Below, piece after piece: positions 1 to 11,406 of a DNA stretch of 64,000 nucleotides. The notes under the pieces are model-generated. The model was not told where the DNA came from and searched no databases. It saw nothing but the letters and a program-made list of their open reading frames with translations. Within the stretch, counting starts at the first letter, position 1; every line of letters begins with the position of its first letter. Source of the stretch: Eledone cirrhosa (lineage: Eukaryota); assembly GCA_964016885.1 (NCBI GenBank), contig OZ024747.1, forward strand, positions 74,090,001-74,154,000, given 5' to 3'. The position numbers and the translations under genes were made by a program.

Positions 1-2555
1 ACAATTTTAAAGAGGACGTGGGTCCCCCCTGCGTCGGGCCCATTAACCGAGTCCTCCTAAAAAACTATCCCACCCCCTCCCCAAACACCCTCACAACTCC
101 AAGCTCCCCAACCACACAACACACTGATGCCCCCACACTTCCACAAACCACCACCCCACCCAACAACCCATCCCCCACCCTAATGGAAATTGTGCAGCCC
201 GATACCCGGGACGCAGAGAGGTAAGTGCCTTTTCTCTTCACCACCAACATGGCTATGCTAAGAGTAGGCTGTTTAAATGCGCGTGGCCTGGGCTCAACTT
301 GGAAGCAAGCAATGCTTCTAAATGACCTCAGGTCACAACGTATAGATGTGATGGTTATTTGCGAGGCCCGGATCAGCAACGTGCGACAGCTGGCCCCCAC
401 CTTTGATGACTTTGAGATGCACGCATCTCTCTGTCAGCCTGGAGGTGGGGGTGGAGTTGTCGTTCTGCTGCAAAAACATCTGGGTCTCGCAACACAGATG
501 GTACATTTGGACCCGGAGGGTCGACTAGTGGTTCTGGACCTTGGCAGTGGTAAAGGCGGAGCGTTTAGGTTGGTAGCCGCCTACGGCCCTTTCGGGTCAA
601 TGCGGCCGGACTTCTTCCATCGTCTGGAGACTTTTCTAGGGACGTCCCGCTCCTTGCTATTAGTGGGGGACTGGAATGGTATCCTAGATGCACGCTGGGA
701 CTACGTAGGGGCCTGCCCCGATAGAGAGGGGTGTAATAGCCTCAAAGGGTTAATCGGTCGATTTGACCTGGCCGATAGATATCGACTAGATTTTCCGACT
801 GCGCCAACCTGGACTTGGGCAAATCGTAGCGGATCATCTAGGTCGTACCTAGATAGGTTCTTAGTTAGAATTAAGGATAAGGACTTTTTAAGTTGTCCAA
901 AAATGCGCATTGTTGGCTATTCAGACCACAAATTAGTGACCTGCATGGTCAACCTTGACAGAACTCATAGACAGGGCCCCGGTTACTGGAAGCTCAACTT
1001 GTCCTTGCCGGCAAGTAGAGCCTACAGGAATCGGATTAGTACGTTAGTTAAGGAACGGTTGACTGGAGCGATCGTCAACAGCAGGTGGTGGGTATCTCTA
1101 AAGAGAGAGATTAGAGTAGTCTCGATAGAATTTAGTAAGGTTCTAGCTGCGGATAGGAATAGGAAGGAAAGGGAGCTAATAGATAGAGTAGAAGAGGCAA
1201 TTAGAAGCGGCGACGTGGCCAGAGTGCTAGCGTCGAGAACGGCTTTGAGCCAGTTTTTCGACGCGAAGCACGAAGGCTGCGTTGTCCGAAGTAAAATACG
1301 TGCTCTAGGGAACGAGGGGACCAAAGCTGTTAGCTGGGCCCGCGTGACAGAGGCCAACAGTGGAACTAAATCCACCATCCGGTCTTTGCGAGACCTGGAT
1401 GGACGGGCGATTCTTGAGCCTAAGCAGATGTGTGAGGCCTTTCAAAGGCACTTTGCCCGACTGTTCGGGAGGGGCGGGGAGCCGGTTGGGAACGTGGACT
1501 TCGGTCCATACCTCGACGGCCTGCCGCGCCTCTCGGACAGGGAGGCGAAGTCCTGCGAGGAGCCGATTTCGGCCGCTGAGATAGAGGACGTGCTGAGCCA
1601 ATGCGGCAAACGCAAATCCCCGGGTCTCGATGGTCTTCCTTACGAATTATATCTAGCTATGCCGGACTTGTTCCCCGATCTCCTCGAGGCGGTCTACTGC
1701 AACTGGCAACAGAACGGGAGAATTCCCTGTACTGTGACCAAGGGCGTAGTCACGCTAGTGAGGAAGGACGAGAACAAGGGGGACGAAATAAGTAACTTCA
1801 GGCCCATAACACTGCTAAATACAGAGTTACAGATTTTGGCCAAGGTGCTAGCAAAGAGGTTGGCGCTTGTCGTGGGCAACCTGGTGGGAGATGCGCAGAC
1901 ATGCGCTATCCCGTCCAGGTCCATCCATGACAACCTCCACCTCATGCGATACATCATAGAGAGGGTTGGGAACGAACCCGGCTTTGGTGGGGCTCTGATC
2001 AACTTGGATCAATCTAAGGCGTTCGATAGGGTCGACCATGGTTACCTGGATGCGGTGCTAGCGGCGGCAGGCTTCGGACCCGTTTTCAGGGGCTGGATCA
2101 CTGCTATGCACAGCAGCCGCATCTGCTCTAGGGTCAAGGTGAACGGCTACCTCTCGGAGCCGTTCAAAATCGCGCGGTCCATCCGACAAGGGTGCCCTCT
2201 CTCCTCCCTTCTGTATGTATTGACTCTCGAGCCACTACTGCGGAAGTTGGAGTTGTTGCAGGGCATCCCTTTGGAACCGGGATTGCGGAAAGCGGTGTCG
2301 GCCTACGCCGATGACGTGACAGTAATGGTGTCGACGGCCTCCGAAATCGAGGCGGTCGGCACCTTACTGGAGGAGTACGAAAAGTTCACAGGGGCTAAGC
2401 TGAACCGGGACAAGTCGATCGGTTTGCAACTCGGCACGTGGAGGGGCAGACCGATGCCCTCCGATAGCGTCGTCGGACGCTGGACGGAGGGCCCGGTGAA
2501 GTTGCTCGGGGTCTGGTTCGGACCGGACCTCCAGGTGGAGAAAAACTGGGCGGAT
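1..2555 (+). mobile_element. Tx1/L1-clade non-LTR retrotransposon, 3'-truncated (probable end of ORF1 plus most of ORF2)
   Basis: GC-rich block with a Pro/Thr-rich ORF ending at 224, then an APE+RT ORF. It stops abruptly at a GATA/TA/TG microsatellite at ~2555. Confidence 0.88.
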
Positions 2556-2561
2556 AGATAG
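249..2561 (+). CDS. ORF2 apurinic-like endonuclease + reverse transcriptase (Tx1/L1 clade), C-terminus missing
   Basis: ATG at 249 (MAMLRVGCLNARGL). APE motifs GDWN, SYLDRF, SDH. Tx1/L1 motif GPGYWKLN. RT motifs KSPGLDGLP, NFRPITLLN, LDQSKAFDRV, RQGCPLS, YADD, KLLGV. Confidence 0.9.
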   Translation: MAMLRVGCLNARGLGSTWKQAMLLNDLRSQRIDVMVICEARISNVRQLAPTFDDFEMHASLCQPGGGGGVVVLLQKHLGLATQMVHLDPEGRLVVLDLGSGKGGAFRLVAAYGPFGSMRPDFFHRLETFLGTSRSLLLVGDWNGILDARWDYVGACPDREGCNSLKGLIGRFDLADRYRLDFPTAPTWTWANRSGSSRSYLDRFLVRIKDKDFLSCPKMRIVGYSDHKLVTCMVNLDRTHRQGPGYWKLNLSLPASRAYRNRISTLVKERLTGAIVNSRWWVSLKREIRVVSIEFSKVLAADRNRKERELIDRVEEAIRSGDVARVLASRTALSQFFDAKHEGCVVRSKIRALGNEGTKAVSWARVTEANSGTKSTIRSLRDLDGRAILEPKQMCEAFQRHFARLFGRGGEPVGNVDFGPYLDGLPRLSDREAKSCEEPISAAEIEDVLSQCGKRKSPGLDGLPYELYLAMPDLFPDLLEAVYCNWQQNGRIPCTVTKGVVTLVRKDENKGDEISNFRPITLLNTELQILAKVLAKRLALVVGNLVGDAQTCAIPSRSIHDNLHLMRYIIERVGNEPGFGGALINLDQSKAFDRVDHGYLDAVLAAAGFGPVFRGWITAMHSSRICSRVKVNGYLSEPFKIARSIRQGCPLSSLLYVLTLEPLLRKLELLQGIPLEPGLRKAVSAYADDVTVMVSTASEIEAVGTLLEEYEKFTGAKLNRDKSIGLQLGTWRGRPMPSDSVVGRWTEGPVKLLGVWFGPDLQVEKNWADR

Positions 2562-2801
2562 ATATATATGTGTGTGTGTGTGTGTGTACATGCATATATA
2601 TGTGTTCGCATGTGGGTGCGTATGGGTGATGGGATATTACTGAAGATGTAATTTCTCGCTATATTTGTCACTAGCTACTTTTTAAATATTTATAACTTCA
2701 TATTTCAATTAATCAAACAACCAGTACAACATACACATTACTTGGATATCTATTGTTATAGCCAGATATAATCACAGAACTATGTGTGTATTTATATAAG
2801 G

Positions 2802-3958
2802 ACTAGCAGCAGTACACAGCGTTGCCTGGGTAGGTAAAATAATATCTGCTTTGATGAAAATGTGTTGATCTTAGCGACTGCTTCTCGAAGACTCATCTAT
2901 GGCCACACACAGGCCATGCGGGGGTGGGTGGTGATGACCTCTATCACTGAGAAACGCGGGTGACTGACGAAGGGGCATGCTGGGGGAGGGAGGTAATGAC
3001 CTCTAACACTAAGCCAAATTTCCTCGCGCTACTTGATTGGAAACCGATGAATTCTTAAATACACAACTAAAAGCTCAGACGACGTCAGTGGCCATCGTTT
3101 TGCCTTTGACCATCTATAAGATGTGCAATGATAGGTTCTATCGTAAAAGTTTAACGAAATAAATTGATTTATGTGTGAGGTGGAGCTGAAGTTTCGAATT
3201 TGAACGAAATCGGTTTTAAAATGTGAGAGCTAATGATAGGTCGCCGTCCCTGAACAAAAAATGCAAAGTGTAAAGCTACTATAAGATGTGCAATGATAGG
3301 TTCTATCGTAGTATAAAAGTTTAACCAAATAAATTTATTTATGTGTTAGGTGGAGCCGAAGTTTCGAATTTGAACGAAATCGGTTGAAAAATGTGTGAGC
3401 TAGAGCCGAAAAGGCGGAAATTTTTAGCGAAAAGGTGGTATTTTCGAATATTTAAGCGGCTGCCACGCCGTTCCTGAAGAAAAGTCCAAATTGTAAAGCC
3501 ATTTTAAGACGTGAAATAATCAGATCTAACGCTAGAGCCGAAAAAGTGGAAATTTGAGTCTAAAAGTGGTATTTTTGAATATTTAAGCGGCTGCCACGCC
3601 GTCCCTGAACAACATGCAAAATATAAAGCGAGTACAGGATGTACAATGATAAATTCTATTTTGCTTTAAAATGTGAAACTAATCAGTGGCAAAATGTGGG
3701 AGCTAGAGCCAAAACTCTTATTTTTCGATACCAAAAAAAAAGGTGATCCCCCCCCCCCCCCCCCTATCGATTTTTATCTGCAGAATGACCCTGGAATAAA
3801 AAACGATACGCTGATATATAGAAAACACTCCCCGATGACTAATCTATGAGTCTGTAAAGATTCATGAAAATCGGTTGTAAGACGTCGGCCCCTATAGGTA
3901 ATACACAGACACACAGACACACAGACACACACATACTTAATTTTATATATATACAGAT
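2802..3958 (+). mobile_element. Probable non-autonomous Helentron-associated (DINE-1/HINE-like) element
   Basis: Starts ACTAGCAGCAGTACACAGCGTTGCCTGGG. Has internal direct duplications (3114-3240 vs 3279-3400; GCGGCTGCCACGCCG twice). Ends GAAAATCGGTT...(ACAGACAC)n...TTTTATATATATACAGAT, the usual HINE layout. Confidence 0.55.
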
Positions 3959-4085
3959 AATTGCAAATGAAAGAAAATTATGAATATTACAAGCTTATGT
4001 CCAAGGGGGTATTAATATAATTCTTGACTCTACTCAGATGACACATACAAATAGAACACGGTGTATATATATATATATATATATA

Positions 4086-4172
<87 letters not shown>

Positions 4173-4914
4173 AGAGAGAGAGAGAGGGGGGGGAGAGAGA
4201 GAGAGATTTAATATATAATCTGGGAAATTCCAATTGTTATGCGACTACATTGCAGAAGACATTCCCTCATTGTATTTTTTCTTTAATATGAAATAATTAC
4301 TATCAGATATATTGTCTTGCTATTAAATACTAGACACATGATGTAATCGATTGAGAAGTCAATAAGTGGATATCTAAGTTTACTTGACTTTCTTCCTGAT
4401 TGATTTCTTTCTGTCGAGAATTATTTGCAATGATGATATAATTGTACATTTCCTTTGTTGCTTTTCTCATTATGTTAGAAGACAATATCATTAATATGTT
4501 GGCCCTCCTCAACTAGAGATGGGTTAATGAGCTTTAGCGAACATATATTGTTACACGATGTACTTATGGAAGACAATGATATGTTTGTGGCTGCCTCGTC
4601 GACATATTAATATAGATCATAATAGTTGAGCTGTTTGATTCCAAGATAGCAGAAAAGTAAAGTAATCTCTTCTTATTCTGCATAATGCTGTCGACATTGC
4701 GGTTTGTATTCGCTCCAGTTCTGTAGTTATTAGGGACGGCTATCGTGAAATATCTTCCAACCATGTCCATCTCATCTGTTTGTCAACCATACCTTGTATA
4801 CGGCTGTATCATTTAGTGTTTCCATGTGATTTTAAAATATGTTTAATATAATAGAATGTGCTGAGAGAAAGATTTCAGACTTCGTTGGAAGACATTATAT
4901 TTGTTGATTTTATT

Positions 4915-5105
4915 GCAGTGGATTGGTAATATCGGTAGAGGGTTAGACACCATGCTTTGCAGTATAGAGTTACGGCCCTTTGCGGTCTGAGTTCAAATCC
5001 CGCCGAGGTATAACTTTGCCTTTCATCCTTATGTGGTCGATAAAATAAAACACCAGTAATGCACTGGGGTAATTGCCGGCCTTGTGCCAAAAGTAGAAAT
5101 AATTA
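4915..5105 (+). mobile_element. tRNA-derived SINE, octopus-type (family S1)
   Basis: A-box-like head, B box GAGTTCAAATCC, core TTTGCCTTTCATCCTT, tail GGCCTTGTGCCAAAAGTAGAAA. Many copies in the window. Confidence 0.85.
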
Positions 5106-5258
5106 TATTGGTTCTTCTCTTGGTTGGTTCTTCTCTTAGTAAGTACAATAAGTATTTTGCCGATATATTCATTAAGAGCCTTTAGAGAAGCAGATGTGTG
5201 TGTTCCCAAGAGGTCAGCAATGTGAGTTCAGACAGCTCTCTCTCTCTCTCTCTCTCTC

Positions 5259-5391
<133 letters not shown>

Positions 5392-5514
5392 ATAATAATA
5401 AATTTGAAGACTAAAATCCAAAGAGGGCTCGATAAGGATAAATATATATCAAATATATAAGAACCGTAGAGCAAATATTTATTAAAATAGGTTATTTTAA
5501 AATCTGTTATTTTA

Positions 5515-5560
<46 letters not shown>

Positions 5561-5564
<4 letters not shown>

Positions 5565-5768
5565 CGAAGGAAATGTGGTAAGGAACCAGATGGACCATAA
5601 CGCACCAAAGTACTCAATACTTAGGGTAGTAGAGTGGGTAATAGGAACGAGTAGGACCCCGAGGGCTGAGCTCAAGCCGTTTCGACGGCTAATTCTGGAC
5701 TAAATTTAGTCCAGAATTAGCCGTCGAAACGGCTTGAGCTCAGCCGTCGGGGTCCTACTCGTTCCTAT
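5561..5768. mobile_element. Fold-back element (family P1) in (TA)n carrying the 3' half of a hammerhead
   Basis: Near-perfect palindrome 5641-5768 centred at 5704/5705. Contains GAAA-CGGCT-TGAGCTC-AGCCG-TC-GGGGTC. Related copies at 45328, 46258, 51929 and 53531. Confidence 0.75.
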
Positions 5769-6404
5769 ATATATATATATATATATATATATTCATTTTT
5801 AACATGAATGTATACATGTACATATGCATACAACGATGTGTTACATGTGTTATGTGTGTGTCTGAATGCATATTTAGTTTGCATTTTATAAGTTAAAATG
5901 CTTTATTCTTTAACGTCATAGTATTGTCCTTCGTCTTGTCAGTTGCATCAAGTAATTTGTATTGAAAATATTTATTAGCTCTGAATATTTATCTTAACAT
6001 TACTACCGTTGTTCACATTAGTCAAATATGTCTGTTGGCAATTACTGTTAACAGATGTTCAACAAAGGCGTGTTACCTTTTTCTGTAAACGATAACAATA
6101 CATATTTGTATTAAATATATGTAATAGGATATTAGAATACAAACATTTTTTTTGGCTGCCACTAAATGTACATAGGGGACAATGGAAATATTACCCGATG
6201 TTTGTATATAGTTATGGCATTGTGTATAGCTGAAGATTTATACAATTGTAAGTAAGGTGACGCGGATCCGGGGTTTTGTGTTATTCTTTTCGTCTCTTTA
6301 TTTTCTGAATTCAAATTCCACCGAAGTCACTTTTTGTTGTTATTTTGACTAATTTTCTTGTTAATATACGTCCCTCTTTAAATAGAGAGAGACATAAAAC
6401 AACA

Positions 6405-6580
6405 AATGTAGTCACTGGGGAGTTCACAGAATGTGTGATGAAAGAGCTTTCATACCAATCAACAAATAAACAAATATCCAGTTATTAAATCACTCGACTG
6501 ACAAATTATAAGAAATTGAAGTGAAATCCAACATGTGCGTGCCTTTCTTATTGGCAGAACACTCCTCCCAAATTATATAA
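6405..6580 (+). mobile_element. Decayed hammerhead-bearing tail (family P2)
   Basis: GTCA-CTGGGGA-GTTCAC-AGAATGT-GTGAT-GAAA, followed by AAATTGAAGTGAAA..GTGCGTG..TTCTTATTGGCA, shared with 9196-9330 and 10642-10907. Confidence 0.5.
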
Positions 6581-6674
6581 ATATATATATATATATCGAC
6601 TGCTCGTCTTCCACAGGAACCCTGCTCCGACTTGTGCAAATCCCATGGTCACTCATGACCGAAGATTATCTTTA

Positions 6675-6723
<49 letters not shown>

Positions 6724-7233
6724 CTGAACCAGATCAATTATGATATATAGTCATCTGATCCAGAAATATTATATGGAGTAGCGAAACAATTGTAAACGGA
6801 CATTATCATTATTAATATTATTATTATTATTATTCTCTACATTCCTTACATCAAACTAAAATATGTTGACAATCTTTTAATAATGTCTTCCTTGTGAAAG
6901 TTGTGGTCTTGTTTTGCCTAACTGATGAATATTTCCAGCTCTGCGCACCTAACTTCTGCATGAACCCAGCCACCTAGCTGCTTTCTACTGCATATTGCAC
7001 ATTGAGCACATGCCTTTACGCTTTGGCTTCTAACTAACTCACCAATCTCTCCTCTCATATCTCCTCTACTATCTCCATCTCTCTCTTTAAGATTGGTTAC
7101 TCTTGAACTGTGTATATATATATATATGTATGTATGTAAAAGGTAAACAGAATTAACAACACTATCGGTACAGTATATGGAAGTGATATATTAGGTTATA
7201 CACACATACACACACACACATACACACACACAT

Positions 7234-7309
<76 letters not shown>

Positions 7310-7549
7310 ATGTATGTATCCCTGAATCAGCTACGTTGTATCATGAAAGATATAGATGTGGAAAACGAAACTCATTATTCCTTCCACTAGAAATGGTTTG
7401 CACACGGCATTAGCAGCATCTAGCTACTGAAAGAAACCTCTCAAGGGCTCGTCCATACCACAGAAAAAAATTAATTAATAACAATAAAAAAATAAATGAT
7501 TCATAATGAAACCATATAATGTCACTCAGGAATTAAACTAGTTTTATAT

Positions 7550-8950
7550 GTACAAGACTGAATTTGAATTCTATATTTCGAAATAATTTCATTGATAATC
7601 GATTTCCATTTCAGGTCTTTTGATCTCTGTGTGATATATGCTGTTTACGATATGTGTAAGATAAGTTTACTTCTGTTGTCTCTGAACATTTTTGAAGAGA
7701 ATTGCTATACTGAAATTGTCTTCATTAGTTGTTGGTTTTTTGTGTTTAGATGTGTTAGACGTGCTTGTAATTCAGTTTGTATAATGGATCTTCAATCGCA
7801 CTCAAATATATGCTACTGATGCAGTAGTTGTTCATCGTATGCTGTTCAATACCAGATCATGAATGGAGAAAGTGAGTTCCAGGTTTGAGAAAAGAAATAA
7901 CATCTCTTTGGACCTCCAAATTCTCTGTGTACTGCTGACTGACTTCAAGCCGATAAATAGGTCGTATGCATGGATATCTGCTGCATCCAATTTAGGTCTT
8001 AAGTGAACTCTGTAAGTTATCAATTAGAAACTAAATATTTCCTAGTAGTGAATATGCAATTCAGAACTTTCTGATCAGAAATGTTGAGTGTTTGAGAATA
8101 ATATGAATGTTCGGTTTTTCTGTTTGAGTATAGAGTGTATAGGGAAGGGAATATTTCCTTGATGCGTGAAGTCCTCATTGTGTAGATTACTTGGATGTAT
8201 GGTAACTTTGGTATCCTTTAGACAATGTTAGACTGCATGTAAATGTACAAGTGATGAAGGAAGTGTCAAATTGGGCTTCCTCTGCATGGCTGCTTCTTAA
8301 AGTGAGTAGCAACAGTCAGAATCTGATTACTTTAGAGAATAAAGAATCTGGGAGACATCTAATTAAGAGATTCCAATTAAAGTGTGATGCAACATGAATT
8401 TCCAATCAAGGAGACGAAAGATATGTTCGTCTCTACATTGCCAACATTACTGAATCTAGGCGCATTTAACGTAGCTTCGTCTTGCAAGGAAGTTCTTTAT
8501 GTAAACAGAAAGGAATTTATATGTGTCTAGTTTCCCATTTAGTAAATATTGCAAGACACTAGTATATATGATAAAGTATGTGTGTAGGTTGCTGCAATAG
8601 GGTAAAATTGATTTGCTAACTTTTCCTCTCTTGCTTTCATAGTAATGACTTATAAACACTTAAAAACTCTTCTATATACATTCCTCCATTAATCTGCTGA
8701 ATATTTGTATAGGTCTATAGAATCTTGTATTTAGTTGCCTCTCAAAAATGTATAATATATGAACATCTACTGAGTTCCACAGTTGAAATAAGATGTGCTT
8801 CTTCCTTAAAGTTATTCTGTGTTAGTGACGTAAGCAAATATATGTATGCAAATATATTCTCTCTTTCCACCTTTAAGGCAAGCTGTCATCCTTGTCACTT
8901 TTAAACATTTAAATCAATACAATTTGGTAACTTCCAGGGGATTTGAATTT
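7550..8950 (-). pseudogene. Possible highly decayed Penelope-like RT/GIY-YIG relic
   Basis: Complex non-repetitive sequence with minus-strand fragments (KSILPYCSNL; RSKEMLFL) weakly recalling PLE C-terminal motifs. Lies between two P2 tails and has many stops. Confidence 0.25.
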
Positions 8951-9195
8951 GAAATGAACAAGTGAATAGTTAAAAGTATATATTAATAATGACGCACAAG
9001 AGATAGATTTATAAATCATTATTAAACATATTTCTTGGAAGATTTTAATATTTCCATTTTCCTTACACTCTTTCCACATACAAAAAGTATTCAACAATGG
9101 AATCAGCAGATAAAGGAGATCCGACGATTTTAATTATGATTATGATATTTTTAGTGTGTGACTCAAATGTGGGGAGAATTTGTAGCAGGTCATCA

Positions 9196-9330
9196 TATCA
9201 CTGAGGAGGTCACAGAACGTGTGACAAAAGATATTTGACAATATATAAATAACCATCCGGTTACCAAACTAACCAACCAAACAGAATTTTATAATAAATT
9301 GAAAACCAACAGGTGCGTGTGTTTATGAGG
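9196..9330 (+). mobile_element. Decayed hammerhead-bearing tail (family P2)
   Basis: ATCA-CTGAGGA-GGTCAC-AGAACGT-GTGAC-AAAA (GAAA box mutated), then the P2 terminal motif. Confidence 0.55.
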
Positions 9331-9391
9331 CTGTTTGTTTGCAAAGGAATCGAATATTAATAATATTATTATTATTCATTCACAAATCATA

Positions 9392-9475
<84 letters not shown>

Positions 9476-9477
9476 CA

Positions 9478-9565
<88 letters not shown>

Positions 9566-10100
9566 CTAGCGCGAACTTGCCAACTTAAAGATACCCTATA
9601 TATTGTGTTAAATCAACATACCTATAGAAGCAGGCAAAGATAGAAAGGTGAGAGAGAGTGAAATTGTTGAAAGACGAACAGATATGGTTAGACAGAGGGT
9701 AGAAATTGAATAAATAATCATAGACTATGTTGAAAACTGACCTCATCAAATGCTTGTTTTAAAACACCTCCATTGTTACGCTTATTCTAACAGTAAACTG
9801 CAATTATTTACTACTTTCAATAAAATATATCGTAGAATATTTCCCCGGAATTCTACGAGATGTATTTTATGAGGCGTCAATTGATTAAACAGTTATCTAT
9901 AGATTAGATAAACATCGCGTTTGTAAACTCAACTGAATCTATAAATATAAATTTTGAATCTTTTCTGTTTGGCATTATAAAAAAAATATATTAGCTAGAA
10001 ATAGACAATACATATTTACGTAAGTAAATATGTATATGTAGATAGATGTGTGTGTGTGTGTGTGTGTGCATATACATACATACAAACACACACACACACG

Positions 10101-10210
<110 letters not shown>

Positions 10211-10265
10211 TATATTAACATATATTAACATATGTACTATAAGACAGATAGATTCGTATGGTCCA

Positions 10266-10455
10266 AATAATTGTTTCTACTTTAGGCACAAGGCCAGCAA
10301 TTGACCAGTACATTACTGGTACTTTATTTTATCGACCCCGTAAGGATGAAAGGCAAAGTCAACCTCGGCGGGATTTGACTCAGATCGTAAAGGGACGTAA
10401 CTATGCTGGAAAGCATGGCGTCCGACCCTTAACCGATACTGCCAATCCACCTCCC
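10266..10455 (-). mobile_element. tRNA-derived SINE S1
   Basis: Reverse complement of the S1 consensus, full length. Confidence 0.88.
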
Positions 10456-10556
10456 TTATGTATCATACATACACTAGTTTCTAATTCATACACAATTGGT
10501 CTTTCTTTTCCATGTATTATATATTCTGTATAATTTGTGTGTATGTATATATATAC

Positions 10557-10640
<84 letters not shown>

Positions 10641-10646
<6 letters not shown>

Positions 10647-10908
10647 ATACTTCGGGAGGGTCATGTTGCCAATAAGAAACACACGCTCCAGTTGCTTTCA
10701 CTTCAATTTATTATAATAAATTTATAAATTTAGGAATTTATAAATTACGCCATCTTGTTTTTGTGTTTCAAAAACAAGATGGCGTAGGACAGAAAACCGG
10801 AAATTTATAAATTCCTAAATTTATAAATTTATTATAATAAATTGAAGTGAAAGCAACTGGTGCGTGTGTTTCTTATTGGCAACATGACCCTCCCAAAGTA
10901 TAACAATA
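10641..10908. repeat. Inverted repeat (~105-bp arms) of the P2 terminus enclosing an 18-bp perfect hairpin
   Basis: 10641-10745 is the reverse complement of ~10803-10908. The centre holds TACGCCATCTTGTTTTTG-TGTTT-CAAAAACAAGATGGCGTA. Confidence 0.85.
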
Positions 10909-11353
10909 TCGGTTTCAACACACGTTTTCAGATAAAGAATCTTGCTAAACAAATTCAGAAACGAAATATATATATATACGAAGAGATGCTGAGACGCTTC
11001 TGGCTTTGTGTTAAAGAAAATAGAGGAGTATCAGTTAATTATGATTTTAATCGACTAACATCCCTCTTAAATTCACACACTTATTGCAGCAATCCTACCT
11101 CCCCTGTAAATGTAACAGGACCTAGAAATAGAGACCAACCTTGTGTGGTGACCGTAATAGGACCATTAGGATTAAAAGCCGAATCATCAGACTTCACCTT
11201 AGTGTCCTTCCCTGCAAGATCAGTAAATATGAGCTACAGAACAGCACACATTCTAATACCAGTTCTCTCTCTATAATCAAAACCTCTACTGCCCTAGATT
11301 GAAGGCCTGAACCCGGCAATAGAGAAACAGAACCGTGCTAAACGAAATAGCAC

Positions 11354-11404
<51 letters not shown>

Positions 11405-11406
<2 letters not shown>

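Noticed and set aside
6720-6800. GAAACAATTGTA hammerhead-like 3' half
   Set aside because: No intact CTGAnGA or stem I upstream, so it is too degenerate to call.
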